From Myxococcota bacterium (GTDB lineage Bacteria > Myxococcota_A > UBA9160 > UBA4427), in contig OZ252299.1 in NCBI GenBank assembly GCA_965250285.1, positions 96,001 through 160,000 of the forward strand: DNA of 64,000 nt. Direction: 5' to 3'. Each line of letters begins with the position of its first letter. Position 1 is the stretch's first letter. Of this stretch, positions 40,016 to 49,954 are shown piece after piece. The notes under the pieces were generated by a model. The model was not told where the DNA came from. It was given only the letters and a program-made list of their open reading frames with translations, and did not search any database. A program made the position numbers and the translations under genes.

Positions 40016-42283
40016 TCACTGGGCCGTCGACGGTCCAGCGCCCGGCGCGGGGTCGATCCAGATGGGCGACGACCAGGCGCGCTCTTCGACGTCGGCGAGA
40101 CAGTCTTCGCCGTCCGGGGCCGACGAGCCGCAGGCTTCGACGGCGACGCATCGGCCCTCGGCGTCGCGGCGAAGACACCCCAGCCCCGCCCCGTTCACCG
40201 CGGGGCTCGGGATCTGGATCGCTCTCACGTAGTAGGCCGCCGAGCGACCGAGGCTCGGCCAGTCGGGATCCTCGAACTCGATGCGGCAGCCCGCGCCCTC
40301 GGCCGGGCACGCGTAGGTGCGCCACGGGTCGTCGATCAGCGTCTCGATCGGTTCGTCCGGCACGAGCTGAGGGCGCACACGGACGACCTCGATGCGTGTG
40401 ATCGGCTTTCGCATGTCGCCCGGGTGGTAGCACTCGCCGAGGCACAGACGTTCGAGCCGATCGGCTCCGAGGGCCGCCTTCGTGTCGGGCGGACAGCCTG
40501 GCTTCTGCTCGAAGGCGCCCATCGCGGCGACGCGGAAGCGAGGCGGGTCGACCATGGCGACCTCGCTGCCCATCGGCGCGTCGCCACTCGGCGCGTTCAG
40601 CAGGTCGAACCAGAGCAGGATTCGGTCGCCCGAGGTCGCGTAGGCCTCGCGCCGGTGCAACGAGGCAAAGATCGCGTCGCGCTGCCGGGCCGGCGCGTGC
40701 ACGGCGACGAGGCCCCCGGTCACGTACATCGACGCCTGCCGCTCGGTGTCTCGCCGCTTCTGGAGCGGCAGGGTCGCGTAGTCGAGGGCCCGTGACTCGG
40801 GCTCGGGGTCGCCTGTGCCCATCAACGAGCTCGGCGTCAACGTGGCGTCGGCGTTGCGGCGCAGGCCGAACTCCTTGAAGCCGTTGCCGGCGCGCGCGCG
40901 GTGGGTGTCGCTCGAACCGATGAAGCCCGCCCGCCGTTCGATCTTCGCATCGGGATCGTCGAACGAGACGCGGGCCAGCCCGTATTGCGCCGACATCGTT
41001 GGCACGTGGCCGTTCGCGGGCAGGAAGCAGTCGGTGCACTGGCTGCATTCGAGCCAGTCTTCGGCCCGGGCGCCGGGCACCGTTTGAAACCCGGCCGGGC
41101 CCGCGGCGACGTAGTTGCGGCGGGCCGCTTCGACGCGGGCCTCGCACACTTCGGCGTCGACGTCGGGTTCGCAGCGGTGGCGAATGATCTCACCGGCGCG
41201 CCAGCAGCACGGTACGTAGTCTGCGGTCGGAGCGGGGCAGAACAGCTCGCCCTCGGCGTCGCGCACGACGCTTCGCCACGAGCGGTACTCCTCGGCGTTG
41301 CCGTGTCCCGAGTAGATCTCGAAGAGGCGCTGCCGCTCCGGGTCGAAGTCGACCGCGTTCATGCCCAGGTCGAGTGACGCGCCGGCCGGCGACGTGAAGC
41401 CCCAGGTCGTGCCATGCGGGATCACGAGCGCGTCGAAGCCCCAGTCGTCGAGCTTCGCATTCAGGTCGCCCGGCGTCCGCGCGCCCTCCATGCAGTCGTC
41501 CGGCAGATCCCGCACGGGCACGCCCTCCGCGCAGCGCGGCGTGTCGTTGATCTCGGCGATCATCTCCTGCTGATCCCAATAGATCTGACGGTTCGGCCAA
41601 TCGGCCAGCGGCGCGAGCCGGGCCATGAATGGGAGCTCGAAACGGGTGAACTCGGGGCGGATCGCGTGGATGGGCCGCGTGGGGACGCGGCCCTCGGCGA
41701 GCTCGCGCAACACCACGTTGTGATGGCCGTAGTGCGTTTCGGGGGTGTTGCCGACCTGCGTCCATTCCCAGCCGAGATAGGCCACGACGTCGGGCGCTTC
41801 GGCGTCGCCGGCGGCCGCGTTGCACGCGCGCACTGATTCGATCGACTCCTGCCAGTGGGCCGGGGTGAGACCCTCGGCATGATCGTTCAGGCTCCAGAAG
41901 TCGAGATCGGCGCAGAAGCGCGCGAAGTCGCAGGCGTCGGCGGGCGGGTGGGCGCCTTCGCCTCCGAGCATCGGTAGGGCGATCGCGAACGCGTCGGTCG
42001 AGAAGGTGGTGTGCACGTGCAGATCACCAAAGAGGATCTGCTTGCGCGGCGCTTCGAGATCATCGAGCAGCGCGGCGGCTTGGCCTTGTCGCTGCGCGCG
42101 GGCGGCGACCCGCTCGGGCGAAGCCGGCTTCGCCGTGACCTCGCCCGGCCCCTGGTGTTCGCCGCAGGCCAAGCCGAACAACAGCGCGATCGAGGCGAGG
42201 GCGGTCGCGGCCCATCGTACCCGGGCAGCCTGCGTGATTGCGTTCGGGAGCGGATTCGTCGCTGTGCCCGGGCCGGACGCCAT
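40016..42283 (-). CDS. DUF3604 family protein (PHP-like)
   Basis: FGDLHVHTTFSTDA, GWEWT, YATSGDRI, ERAWSSPIW. Confidence 0.85.
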   Translation of the reverse strand: MASGPGTATNPLPNAITQAARVRWAATALASIALLFGLACGEHQGPGEVTAKPASPERVAARAQRQGQAAALLDDLEAPRKQILFGDLHVHTTFSTDAFAIALPMLGGEGAHPPADACDFARFCADLDFWSLNDHAEGLTPAHWQESIESVRACNAAAGDAEAPDVVAYLGWEWTQVGNTPETHYGHHNVVLRELAEGRVPTRPIHAIRPEFTRFELPFMARLAPLADWPNRQIYWDQQEMIAEINDTPRCAEGVPVRDLPDDCMEGARTPGDLNAKLDDWGFDALVIPHGTTWGFTSPAGASLDLGMNAVDFDPERQRLFEIYSGHGNAEEYRSWRSVVRDAEGELFCPAPTADYVPCCWRAGEIIRHRCEPDVDAEVCEARVEAARRNYVAAGPAGFQTVPGARAEDWLECSQCTDCFLPANGHVPTMSAQYGLARVSFDDPDAKIERRAGFIGSSDTHRARAGNGFKEFGLRRNADATLTPSSLMGTGDPEPESRALDYATLPLQKRRDTERQASMYVTGGLVAVHAPARQRDAIFASLHRREAYATSGDRILLWFDLLNAPSGDAPMGSEVAMVDPPRFRVAAMGAFEQKPGCPPDTKAALGADRLERLCLGECYHPGDMRKPITRIEVVRVRPQLVPDEPIETLIDDPWRTYACPAEGAGCRIEFEDPDWPSLGRSAAYYVRAIQIPSPAVNGAGLGCLRRDAEGRCVAVEACGSSAPDGEDCLADVEERAWSSPIWIDPAPGAGPSTAQ

Positions 42284-42310
42284 GAGTCGAGCGTAGTGCA
42301 GAATTGACGC

Positions 42311-42336
42311 AGGCGTCTCGGGCGAAGCAGACGCCT
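42311..42336 (-). terminator. Intergenic hairpin after the M15 peptidase gene
   Basis: AGGCGTCT...AGACGCCT inverted repeat; no clear U tract. Confidence 0.35.
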
Positions 42337-42353
42337 CGCGCGACGCATGCGGT

Positions 42354-43076
42354 TCAGGCGACGCCCGACACGCCCCTCAGCTTGTCTTCCCAGGCCGTGA
42401 CGTTGCGGCGATAGAGATTGTCATCGATGTGCACGGGGTCGGGGCGCACGAAGTCGCCACCCCAGCGCAGCGTCGGATCGCGTCGGATCTCGTTCAGAAA
42501 GAGCTGTGCCGCTTTGGGGAGCGTTCCGAATTGGGCGGGACCCAGTCGCGTCGAGTTGAGGTGTTCGCCGTCGACCTGCAGATTCACGTCGATCGCGTGT
42601 CCCACCAGATGGTTCGATCGCTTGGCCGGGGGGACGACCGTGCCGTGGGGTGCGACGTCGCGCTGCCTGAACGAGTGGGTGACGTAGACCGTGATGCCGA
42701 GATCCGAAGCCAGACGACCGAGCATGTCGAGGCTCGGGAAGAAGTCGACGTGGGCCAGGAGCGGCTGACCTCGGTGCATCGTGAATGCGGTGCCCGCGGT
42801 CGGGTACTCGTGGATCGCAACGCGCCTGGGCGTCGCCCGGGCGAGCTCGGCGACGCGCATCGGCGTCGGCGGATCGCTCGTCGTCGCCGGCGAAGAAGGC
42901 CGGTCGGGCACGCGCGCGACGGCATCCGCCGGTACGAAGCCGACGTGACCGGCTTCGGTCTCGATGCGCACCCACGCGCGCTCCTCGATCACCCGGACCG
43001 GCTCGCCCAGCGAGAGGTCGGTCACCGGTTCGCCTTTCTCGGTGACGAGCCGAACGAATTTCGAGATGCGGTTCAT
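42354..43076 (-). CDS. SH3-like domain plus M15 metallopeptidase (peptidoglycan hydrolase)
   Basis: WVRIET...GFVP; HSFR, SNHLVGHAID, WGGDF...DPVHID. Confidence 0.82.
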   Translation of the reverse strand: MNRISKFVRLVTEKGEPVTDLSLGEPVRVIEERAWVRIETEAGHVGFVPADAVARVPDRPSSPATTSDPPTPMRVAELARATPRRVAIHEYPTAGTAFTMHRGQPLLAHVDFFPSLDMLGRLASDLGITVYVTHSFRQRDVAPHGTVVPPAKRSNHLVGHAIDVNLQVDGEHLNSTRLGPAQFGTLPKAAQLFLNEIRRDPTLRWGGDFVRPDPVHIDDNLYRRNVTAWEDKLRGVSGVA

Positions 43077-43092
43077 CGTGCGTCCATCCTGA

Positions 43093-43524
43093 TCAGACGG
43101 GCAGGCCCACGGCCGTCTTCGCAGCGCGGATCGCGACGGCCATGCCGGTCTCTCCGAGCTTCTTCCAGCGCCGTTCGTGCGCTTCGAGCTCGTTCTTGAC
43201 GCGCCTCACGAGCTCCTGGGTCCGACCGATCGCCTCTTCGAGAGAGGCGCCGTCCCCCTCCTCGAGGCTCGATGCGAAGCCGTCGACCTTCTGCATGATC
43301 GCGCTGATCTCGGCGTGCGTGGCGGCGAGGTCGTCGGCGACGTCCTGCACTTCGCTCTTGAGCTGCTGCTCGTAGGTCTGGAGCGAGGTGTTCATCGAGT
43401 CGCGCAGATCGTCCATCTTGTCGTCGATCCACGTGTCCATGTCGGCGCGCGCTTCGTCGAAGGCGCTGCGGAACTCGGGGCTGAGCTCGATCCCGAGGTC
43501 TGAGAAACGATCCCTGCGCGACAT
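43093..43524 (-). CDS. Helical hypothetical protein
   Basis: Start overlaps upstream stop; coiled-coil-like composition. Confidence 0.7.
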   Translation of the reverse strand: MSRRDRFSDLGIELSPEFRSAFDEARADMDTWIDDKMDDLRDSMNTSLQTYEQQLKSEVQDVADDLAATHAEISAIMQKVDGFASSLEEGDGASLEEAIGRTQELVRRVKNELEAHERRWKKLGETGMAVAIRAAKTAVGLPV

Positions 43525-44564
43525 CAATTGTCCCCTTCGTTCTGTGTGATCGATTCGGCCCGGTCTCGGCCGGCCACCGCGAGCCGGTCCTCGATGCCGC
43601 TCACGGCCTCTTCGATCAGGCCATCGGCCTGCTGTCTCAGGCTCGCGGTCACCTGGTCGACGCGGCGCAGGAGCCGATCGCTCTGGTCATCGACGAGGCC
43701 CTGCACCACACCTCCGACGATCGGAATGTCCCCGACCTCGTCGCCGAGCTGGCCCATCGCTCCGGCAACGATCAGGTGGAAGCCCGACGGAACCTCGTCC
43801 GAGGCCTTCAGCGTCTCGAGCGCTGCGATCAGCGCATCGTGGCCTTCGAGCGCCTGGGCCTCCTGCGCGGCGAGCGCGGCGTACATCCGCGCGTAGGCGT
43901 CATCGAGCGAGGTCGGCGAGCAGGTCTGTGCGCCGAGCCGGGCGGCGTCGCTGCGAATCGCACCGAAGCGGGCCTGCGACGCCCGGCGAAACTCGGCGCG
44001 CTCGGCGCCCAGCTTCGCGAGCAGCGCGTCCTGCAGCTCGAACTCGGTCTGCAGGATCTCTTCGCGCTCGGCGAGCAGCAGAATCTCGAGCCGCGCCTGC
44101 TCGCGAATGAGCACCGTGTCGTTCTCGAACCCCGCCAGCCGGTTGCGCACGGCCACCAGCTCGCGGGTCTTCGCTTCGATGGCCGGTTCGACCCGCGCGA
44201 CGACCTTCTCTTCGAACGCGGCCGGCCAGTCGATGGTGAGCGCACGCCAGGCGAGATCTTCGAACTCGAGGTTCACCCGGCGCTCACGCGCGTACGCGAG
44301 GTTGATGATCTGCTGCTCGCGCGCCGCGGCGATCGCTCGGCACTGCTCGACGACGGCCGCATCGAGCGCTTCGTCGCGCGCCTTGTACGCATCGATCAGG
44401 CTCCGCGTCGCCTCGAACGTGCGCGCTCCGTCCTCGCGCTGCCGCTGTGCCAGCTCGATCGATTGATCTCGCAGGGCCTGTTCCGAAGGCGTCTTGGCGC
44501 AGGCCGCGGACAGCGCCAGCGCCGCAAGCAGGGGAACGACGATCGCACGGCCGCGCCCCGTCAT
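43524..44564 (-). CDS. Coiled-coil lipoprotein
   Basis: LSAAC lipobox; ATGA coupling. Confidence 0.7.
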   Translation of the reverse strand: MTGRGRAIVVPLLAALALSAACAKTPSEQALRDQSIELAQRQREDGARTFEATRSLIDAYKARDEALDAAVVEQCRAIAAAREQQIINLAYARERRVNLEFEDLAWRALTIDWPAAFEEKVVARVEPAIEAKTRELVAVRNRLAGFENDTVLIREQARLEILLLAEREEILQTEFELQDALLAKLGAERAEFRRASQARFGAIRSDAARLGAQTCSPTSLDDAYARMYAALAAQEAQALEGHDALIAALETLKASDEVPSGFHLIVAGAMGQLGDEVGDIPIVGGVVQGLVDDQSDRLLRRVDQVTASLRQQADGLIEEAVSGIEDRLAVAGRDRAESITQNEGDN

Positions 44565-45664
44565 CGCTGCTCCCCCGGCTGACCCCGGTCGAGCATGCGC
44601 GCCATCAGCACGTCGTGAGCGACGTCTTTCGCCTTCGTGTTGAGTGCGCGGATCGTCGGCGGGCGGTAGGCCGCCATCAGCTCGGCGATCATCGCCTGGC
44701 GGGTCTCGAGTGCCTTCTGCGGGCCCGCGCCGGCGCCTTCCGAGGCGGCGCCCAGGAACCGCTCGATGATGCGCTCGAAGAGCACGGCCGTGCGGCGCGA
44801 CGCGTAGCCGAAGATGAAGGCGACCAGCGGGAGCGTCCAGACTCGGATCGCGTAGCTTTCGACCTGGAAGAAGCCGTTGATCAGCGCGAGCACGACGACG
44901 GCCGCGAGCACCGGGCCGTAGAAGAGCTTCGTCCACGCCACCCAGCGCTCATCGGGGTTGAAGTCGTTCTTGCGCAGGTGCTCGGCCGAGTTCACGAGCA
45001 GGTTCGTGAGCACACCGAAGAGCGACCAGAAGAGCACTTCGAGAATCGAGAGCGTGGGCGACGTCCAGAAGAAGAGGCTGTTGAGCGGCGGCTCGAGGCG
45101 GTTCAGGCTCTGAGTCTGCTCTTCGATGGCGCGCTGCAGAAAGAGCAGCTGCTCGAAGGCCGTGTCGAAGTCGAGGCCATGGAACAGCGTGCGGAACGAC
45201 TCGGGCGCGTACTGGGCTCGGATCGCGCTGAGCTCGTCGGTTGCGACGGCGAAGTCGCCGATCGCGATGGCGTGCTTGAACGCCGTGGTCCGAGGGCCGC
45301 GCGCGCGTTCGACGAGGCGCTGCGAGAAGCTGCGCAGCGCCACCCGCGTGTCATCGATGGCGAGGCTGCGCTCGCCGACCTCGGCCATGATCGCCCGGGC
45401 GGTGGCGGCGCCGACATACCAATCCATCTCGCCGAAGCCGTGGAACCGGACGTGCCCGAATCGATCGATCTCGGCGAATGCGCTCCACGCGCTCTCGCAT
45501 TCGGCCGCTGCATGCGTGTCGGCCGGGTCGGCCGTGCAGTCGGTCGAGCGGAGCGCGTCGCTCGCGACGACGATGTGGCTGATCGCGTACACGGCGATCG
45601 CCGCGCTCAGGATCTTGAGCAGCGTCTTGACGAAGGCCCGGCCCGTGTGTTGCGCGTCCTGCAT
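44561..45664 (-). CDS. Membrane protein: N-terminal TM, periplasmic region, three C-terminal TMs
   Basis: EVLFWSLFGVLTNLL, LVAFIFGYAS. Confidence 0.7.
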   Translation of the reverse strand: MQDAQHTGRAFVKTLLKILSAAIAVYAISHIVVASDALRSTDCTADPADTHAAAECESAWSAFAEIDRFGHVRFHGFGEMDWYVGAATARAIMAEVGERSLAIDDTRVALRSFSQRLVERARGPRTTAFKHAIAIGDFAVATDELSAIRAQYAPESFRTLFHGLDFDTAFEQLLFLQRAIEEQTQSLNRLEPPLNSLFFWTSPTLSILEVLFWSLFGVLTNLLVNSAEHLRKNDFNPDERWVAWTKLFYGPVLAAVVVLALINGFFQVESYAIRVWTLPLVAFIFGYASRRTAVLFERIIERFLGAASEGAGAGPQKALETRQAMIAELMAAYRPPTIRALNTKAKDVAHDVLMARMLDRGQPGEQR

Positions 45665-46088
45665 CTCTCTCTCCCGCGCGTGTACGACGAGACCGGTCCA
45701 GGACGGCAGCGCGGGCGCGGACCGGTGCGCGGCGCGCGGGGCGCTTCGCACGTGGCTCAACGGTTCATCCTACCCGGGTGGGATTCCCAAGTGCGGCCGA
45801 ACTCGTCGAGGTGCGCGGCGACCGGCCCAGTCGGCCATCGGGCCAGGTGCGACCGCCCCGGCGGCGGCGTGACCGAGCGGCCGCCTGCGCGGCTGTCTGC
45901 GCAGCCCCGTCGCGAAAAGCGTATCGAAAACGGCTACTTGTCGAGGTTCGAGTGTTTCTGTGCGCGGCTCGCTTGACTCGGCCGGCCCGGTGCCGATCGT
46001 CCCGCGATCCACCGCCGCCTCCAGATCGCTCTCCCCGCCGTGGCTGCAGGGCGGAGGCGTCCATCTCGCACCCCGGCTCGGCCGGTAG

Positions 46089-47249
<1,161 letters not shown>

Positions 47250-47527
47250 CGACCCCGCGACGCCTGCCGCCCGCGCTCGCCTCTGTCGGGAACGCCTGGG
47301 CGAGGGCCTCGCCCGTCCATCGCCTGCGAGACGGCCGCCGTGATCTCGGCCACGCGCCGCGTTCGGCCGTCGCCCGATGCGCCGTCCCGAACCCGATGGA
47401 TTTACGGGACGTCCGATCTGCGTGAACCTAGGGCGCGGAGGCGCGGGCCGGCGTCGCTGCGCGGAGAGGGCGCGGCCCGTTGGCGACCGTGAGGGGGGAG
47501 CACGTGCATCGTGGGCTGCTGCGAGAG

Positions 47528-49750
47528 ATGAAACCGGGTGAGCGATCCGTCGGCGCCGGGCGCGTCCGCGGGGTGCTCACTGCGCTGCTGCTCGTCGCCT
47601 TCATCGGTGTCGTCGGCTTCGGCTGCGCGACCGGCGGCGGTTCCCAGCGTCCGGCGACCGCGGCCGAGCAAGCGGCGTACGACGCGGCCGTCGCACAGGT
47701 CCAGAGCGACCCGAAGGCCGCCCGCAGCGCCCTCGAGACGTACCTGAAGACCTACCCCGGTAGTCCGCTCGCCGACGACGCCGCCTGGCAGCTGCACGAG
47801 ATCGCCGAACGCCAGGGCAAGCACGGCGAGGCCAAGCGCTGGCTCGATACGATCCTCGAGGAGTACCCCGCAGAAGACCGAGCGGACGCGGCCCGGCTCA
47901 AGCTCGCGACCGCCGCGCTCGACGCGGGCGAAATCGCCCAGGGACGCAAGCTGGTGCGCCGCGTGCGCGTCGCGCGCCTCGATGATGCCCAGCGCCTCGA
48001 GCTGCTGCGACTTCAGGTCGCGCTCTCGCGCGACCCCGTCGAGCGACTCGCGCACCTCGGACGCCTGCGCACCGAGCTCGAGCGCCATGCCGGCCCGGTG
48101 GGCGAGGGCGAGTCGACCGCTGCGCGCGGGGACGTCGAGCGCGAGATCAAGCGCGTCGACGCCGAGATCGCGCTGATCCTCGACGGCATGTCGCCCGATC
48201 AACTCGAGCGCGCGGCGGGTGGCATCAAGAAGGCCGTGCCCGCGGCGGCGATCCGCCTCGAGTTGGCCGAGCGCGCGCTCGACGCGGGCGACCTCGACAA
48301 GGCGAAGCGCGAGCTCGCCGATGCCGACCGACAGCAGCTTCGACCGAGCGACGAGGCGCAGCTCGAGCAGCTGCGTCAGATGTATCAGCTCGGCGGCGAG
48401 CTGGCGGCGGCGGGCGGCGCCCTGCCGACCTTCGCCGAGGTGGCGGCGCGGCCGGCGCCCGATGCGGCCGGCGCCGAAGGGTCGATCGGCGTCGTCCTGC
48501 CGCTCAGCGGTCGACTCGGTGCGTATGGACGCGCCGCGCTGCAGGGCATCCTGGTCGCGGCCGAGTTCTTCGAGGCCGAGCCGGTCCAGACGGCCGACGG
48601 GATCTCGATCGATTCGCTGCCCAGCGTGTCGGCCGGGCCGGGCGGCGCACCACTGCCCGATGACACGACTTCGAAGCTGGCGCGCGGCGTGCGCATTGTC
48701 GTCCGAGACTCGGGGGGAGACCCTGCTCGCGCCGCGGCCGCCGTGCGCAGCCTGGCGCGCGACGACGACGTGCGAGCGATCATCGGTCCGATCTTCTCGG
48801 GCGAGAGCGAGGCCGCGACGCGCGCCGCCGACGCGGCGGGCGTTCCGATCCTCACGCTCTCGAACCGCGAGGAGATCGCCGCCGAGAGCCCCTGGGCGTT
48901 CCGCCTGCGGACGACGGCCCATGACGAGGTGTCCTTCCTCGTCGACTACGCGTGGAACGAGCTCGGAGCACGACGCTTCGCCGTGCTCTACCCGAAGAGC
49001 CGCTACGGCCGAGGCATGCGCGAGGAGTTCTGGAACGACGTGCTCGCCCGCGGCGGCACGATGACGGCGGTCTCGAGCTACGACCCACGCGCCACCGATT
49101 TCGCGACCGAGATTCGACGCATGGTCGGCTGGGAGCTCATCACCCAGAACGAGCGCCAGATGCTGGCCGAACGCGAGCGGATCATGCGCAAGGCGCGCCG
49201 GATGGATCCCGAAGAGGCGGCGCTGCTCCGGGAGGACATCTACCGCTTGATCGGCCCCGAGGCCGAGGTGTTGCCGCCCGTCGTCGACTTCGACGTGCTG
49301 TTCATCCCCGATTCGCACAAGCGCATCGAGATGATCGCGCCGCAGCTCGCGTATCACGAGGTGAAGGGCGCACGACTGCTCGGCTCGAGCGACTGGAACG
49401 ACCCCGAGCTGCTTCGCATCGGGCGCCAACACGTCTCGGGGGCCGTGATCTCGACGCCCTTCTTCGCATCGAGCGACTACCCCTTCGTCACCGAGTTCGT
49501 CGGCGAATGGGAGACGCGCTTCGGCGAATCCCCGAACGTCTTCGGCGCACTCGGCTACGACGCGGCCAACCTCGTGATGCTGCAGCTCGCCGGCAGCTCC
49601 GGCGATCGAGGGGACGTGCGCGAAGGGCTGCTCAGGGTGAGGGGATATCCCGGTGTGTCCGGAGTCACCACGATGCAACCCGACGGCAATGCACGCCGAC
49701 GTCCGTACCTGTTGGGTGTGAAGAGAGGCGAGTTCGTCGGGCTCGACTGA
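47528..49750 (+). CDS. LpoA/LppC-like penicillin-binding protein activator lipoprotein (TPR + PBP1 fold)
   Basis: FGC lipobox, YPGSPLADDA, IGVVLPLSG, IIGP, ALGYDA, YPGVSG. Confidence 0.8.
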   Translation: MKPGERSVGAGRVRGVLTALLLVAFIGVVGFGCATGGGSQRPATAAEQAAYDAAVAQVQSDPKAARSALETYLKTYPGSPLADDAAWQLHEIAERQGKHGEAKRWLDTILEEYPAEDRADAARLKLATAALDAGEIAQGRKLVRRVRVARLDDAQRLELLRLQVALSRDPVERLAHLGRLRTELERHAGPVGEGESTAARGDVEREIKRVDAEIALILDGMSPDQLERAAGGIKKAVPAAAIRLELAERALDAGDLDKAKRELADADRQQLRPSDEAQLEQLRQMYQLGGELAAAGGALPTFAEVAARPAPDAAGAEGSIGVVLPLSGRLGAYGRAALQGILVAAEFFEAEPVQTADGISIDSLPSVSAGPGGAPLPDDTTSKLARGVRIVVRDSGGDPARAAAAVRSLARDDDVRAIIGPIFSGESEAATRAADAAGVPILTLSNREEIAAESPWAFRLRTTAHDEVSFLVDYAWNELGARRFAVLYPKSRYGRGMREEFWNDVLARGGTMTAVSSYDPRATDFATEIRRMVGWELITQNERQMLAERERIMRKARRMDPEEAALLREDIYRLIGPEAEVLPPVVDFDVLFIPDSHKRIEMIAPQLAYHEVKGARLLGSSDWNDPELLRIGRQHVSGAVISTPFFASSDYPFVTEFVGEWETRFGESPNVFGALGYDAANLVMLQLAGSSGDRGDVREGLLRVRGYPGVSGVTTMQPDGNARRRPYLLGVKRGEFVGLD

Positions 49751-49954
49751 CGACGCGTCCCCGCCATTCGAGCATCGACGCGCATCGACGCGTCGATCAT
49801 GCGCAGCCTTTCCCTCCCGGTTTCGAGGGAAAGACCCGAAGCGAAGCGGAACCTTCTCATCGACAACAGGCATCTCGTTCCCGGTTCTGGGAATCGACAT
49901 GCTTTCACTCGGGGCCGTCTCAAGTCGTCGATGGGCGTCGTCGAAACGCCCACC

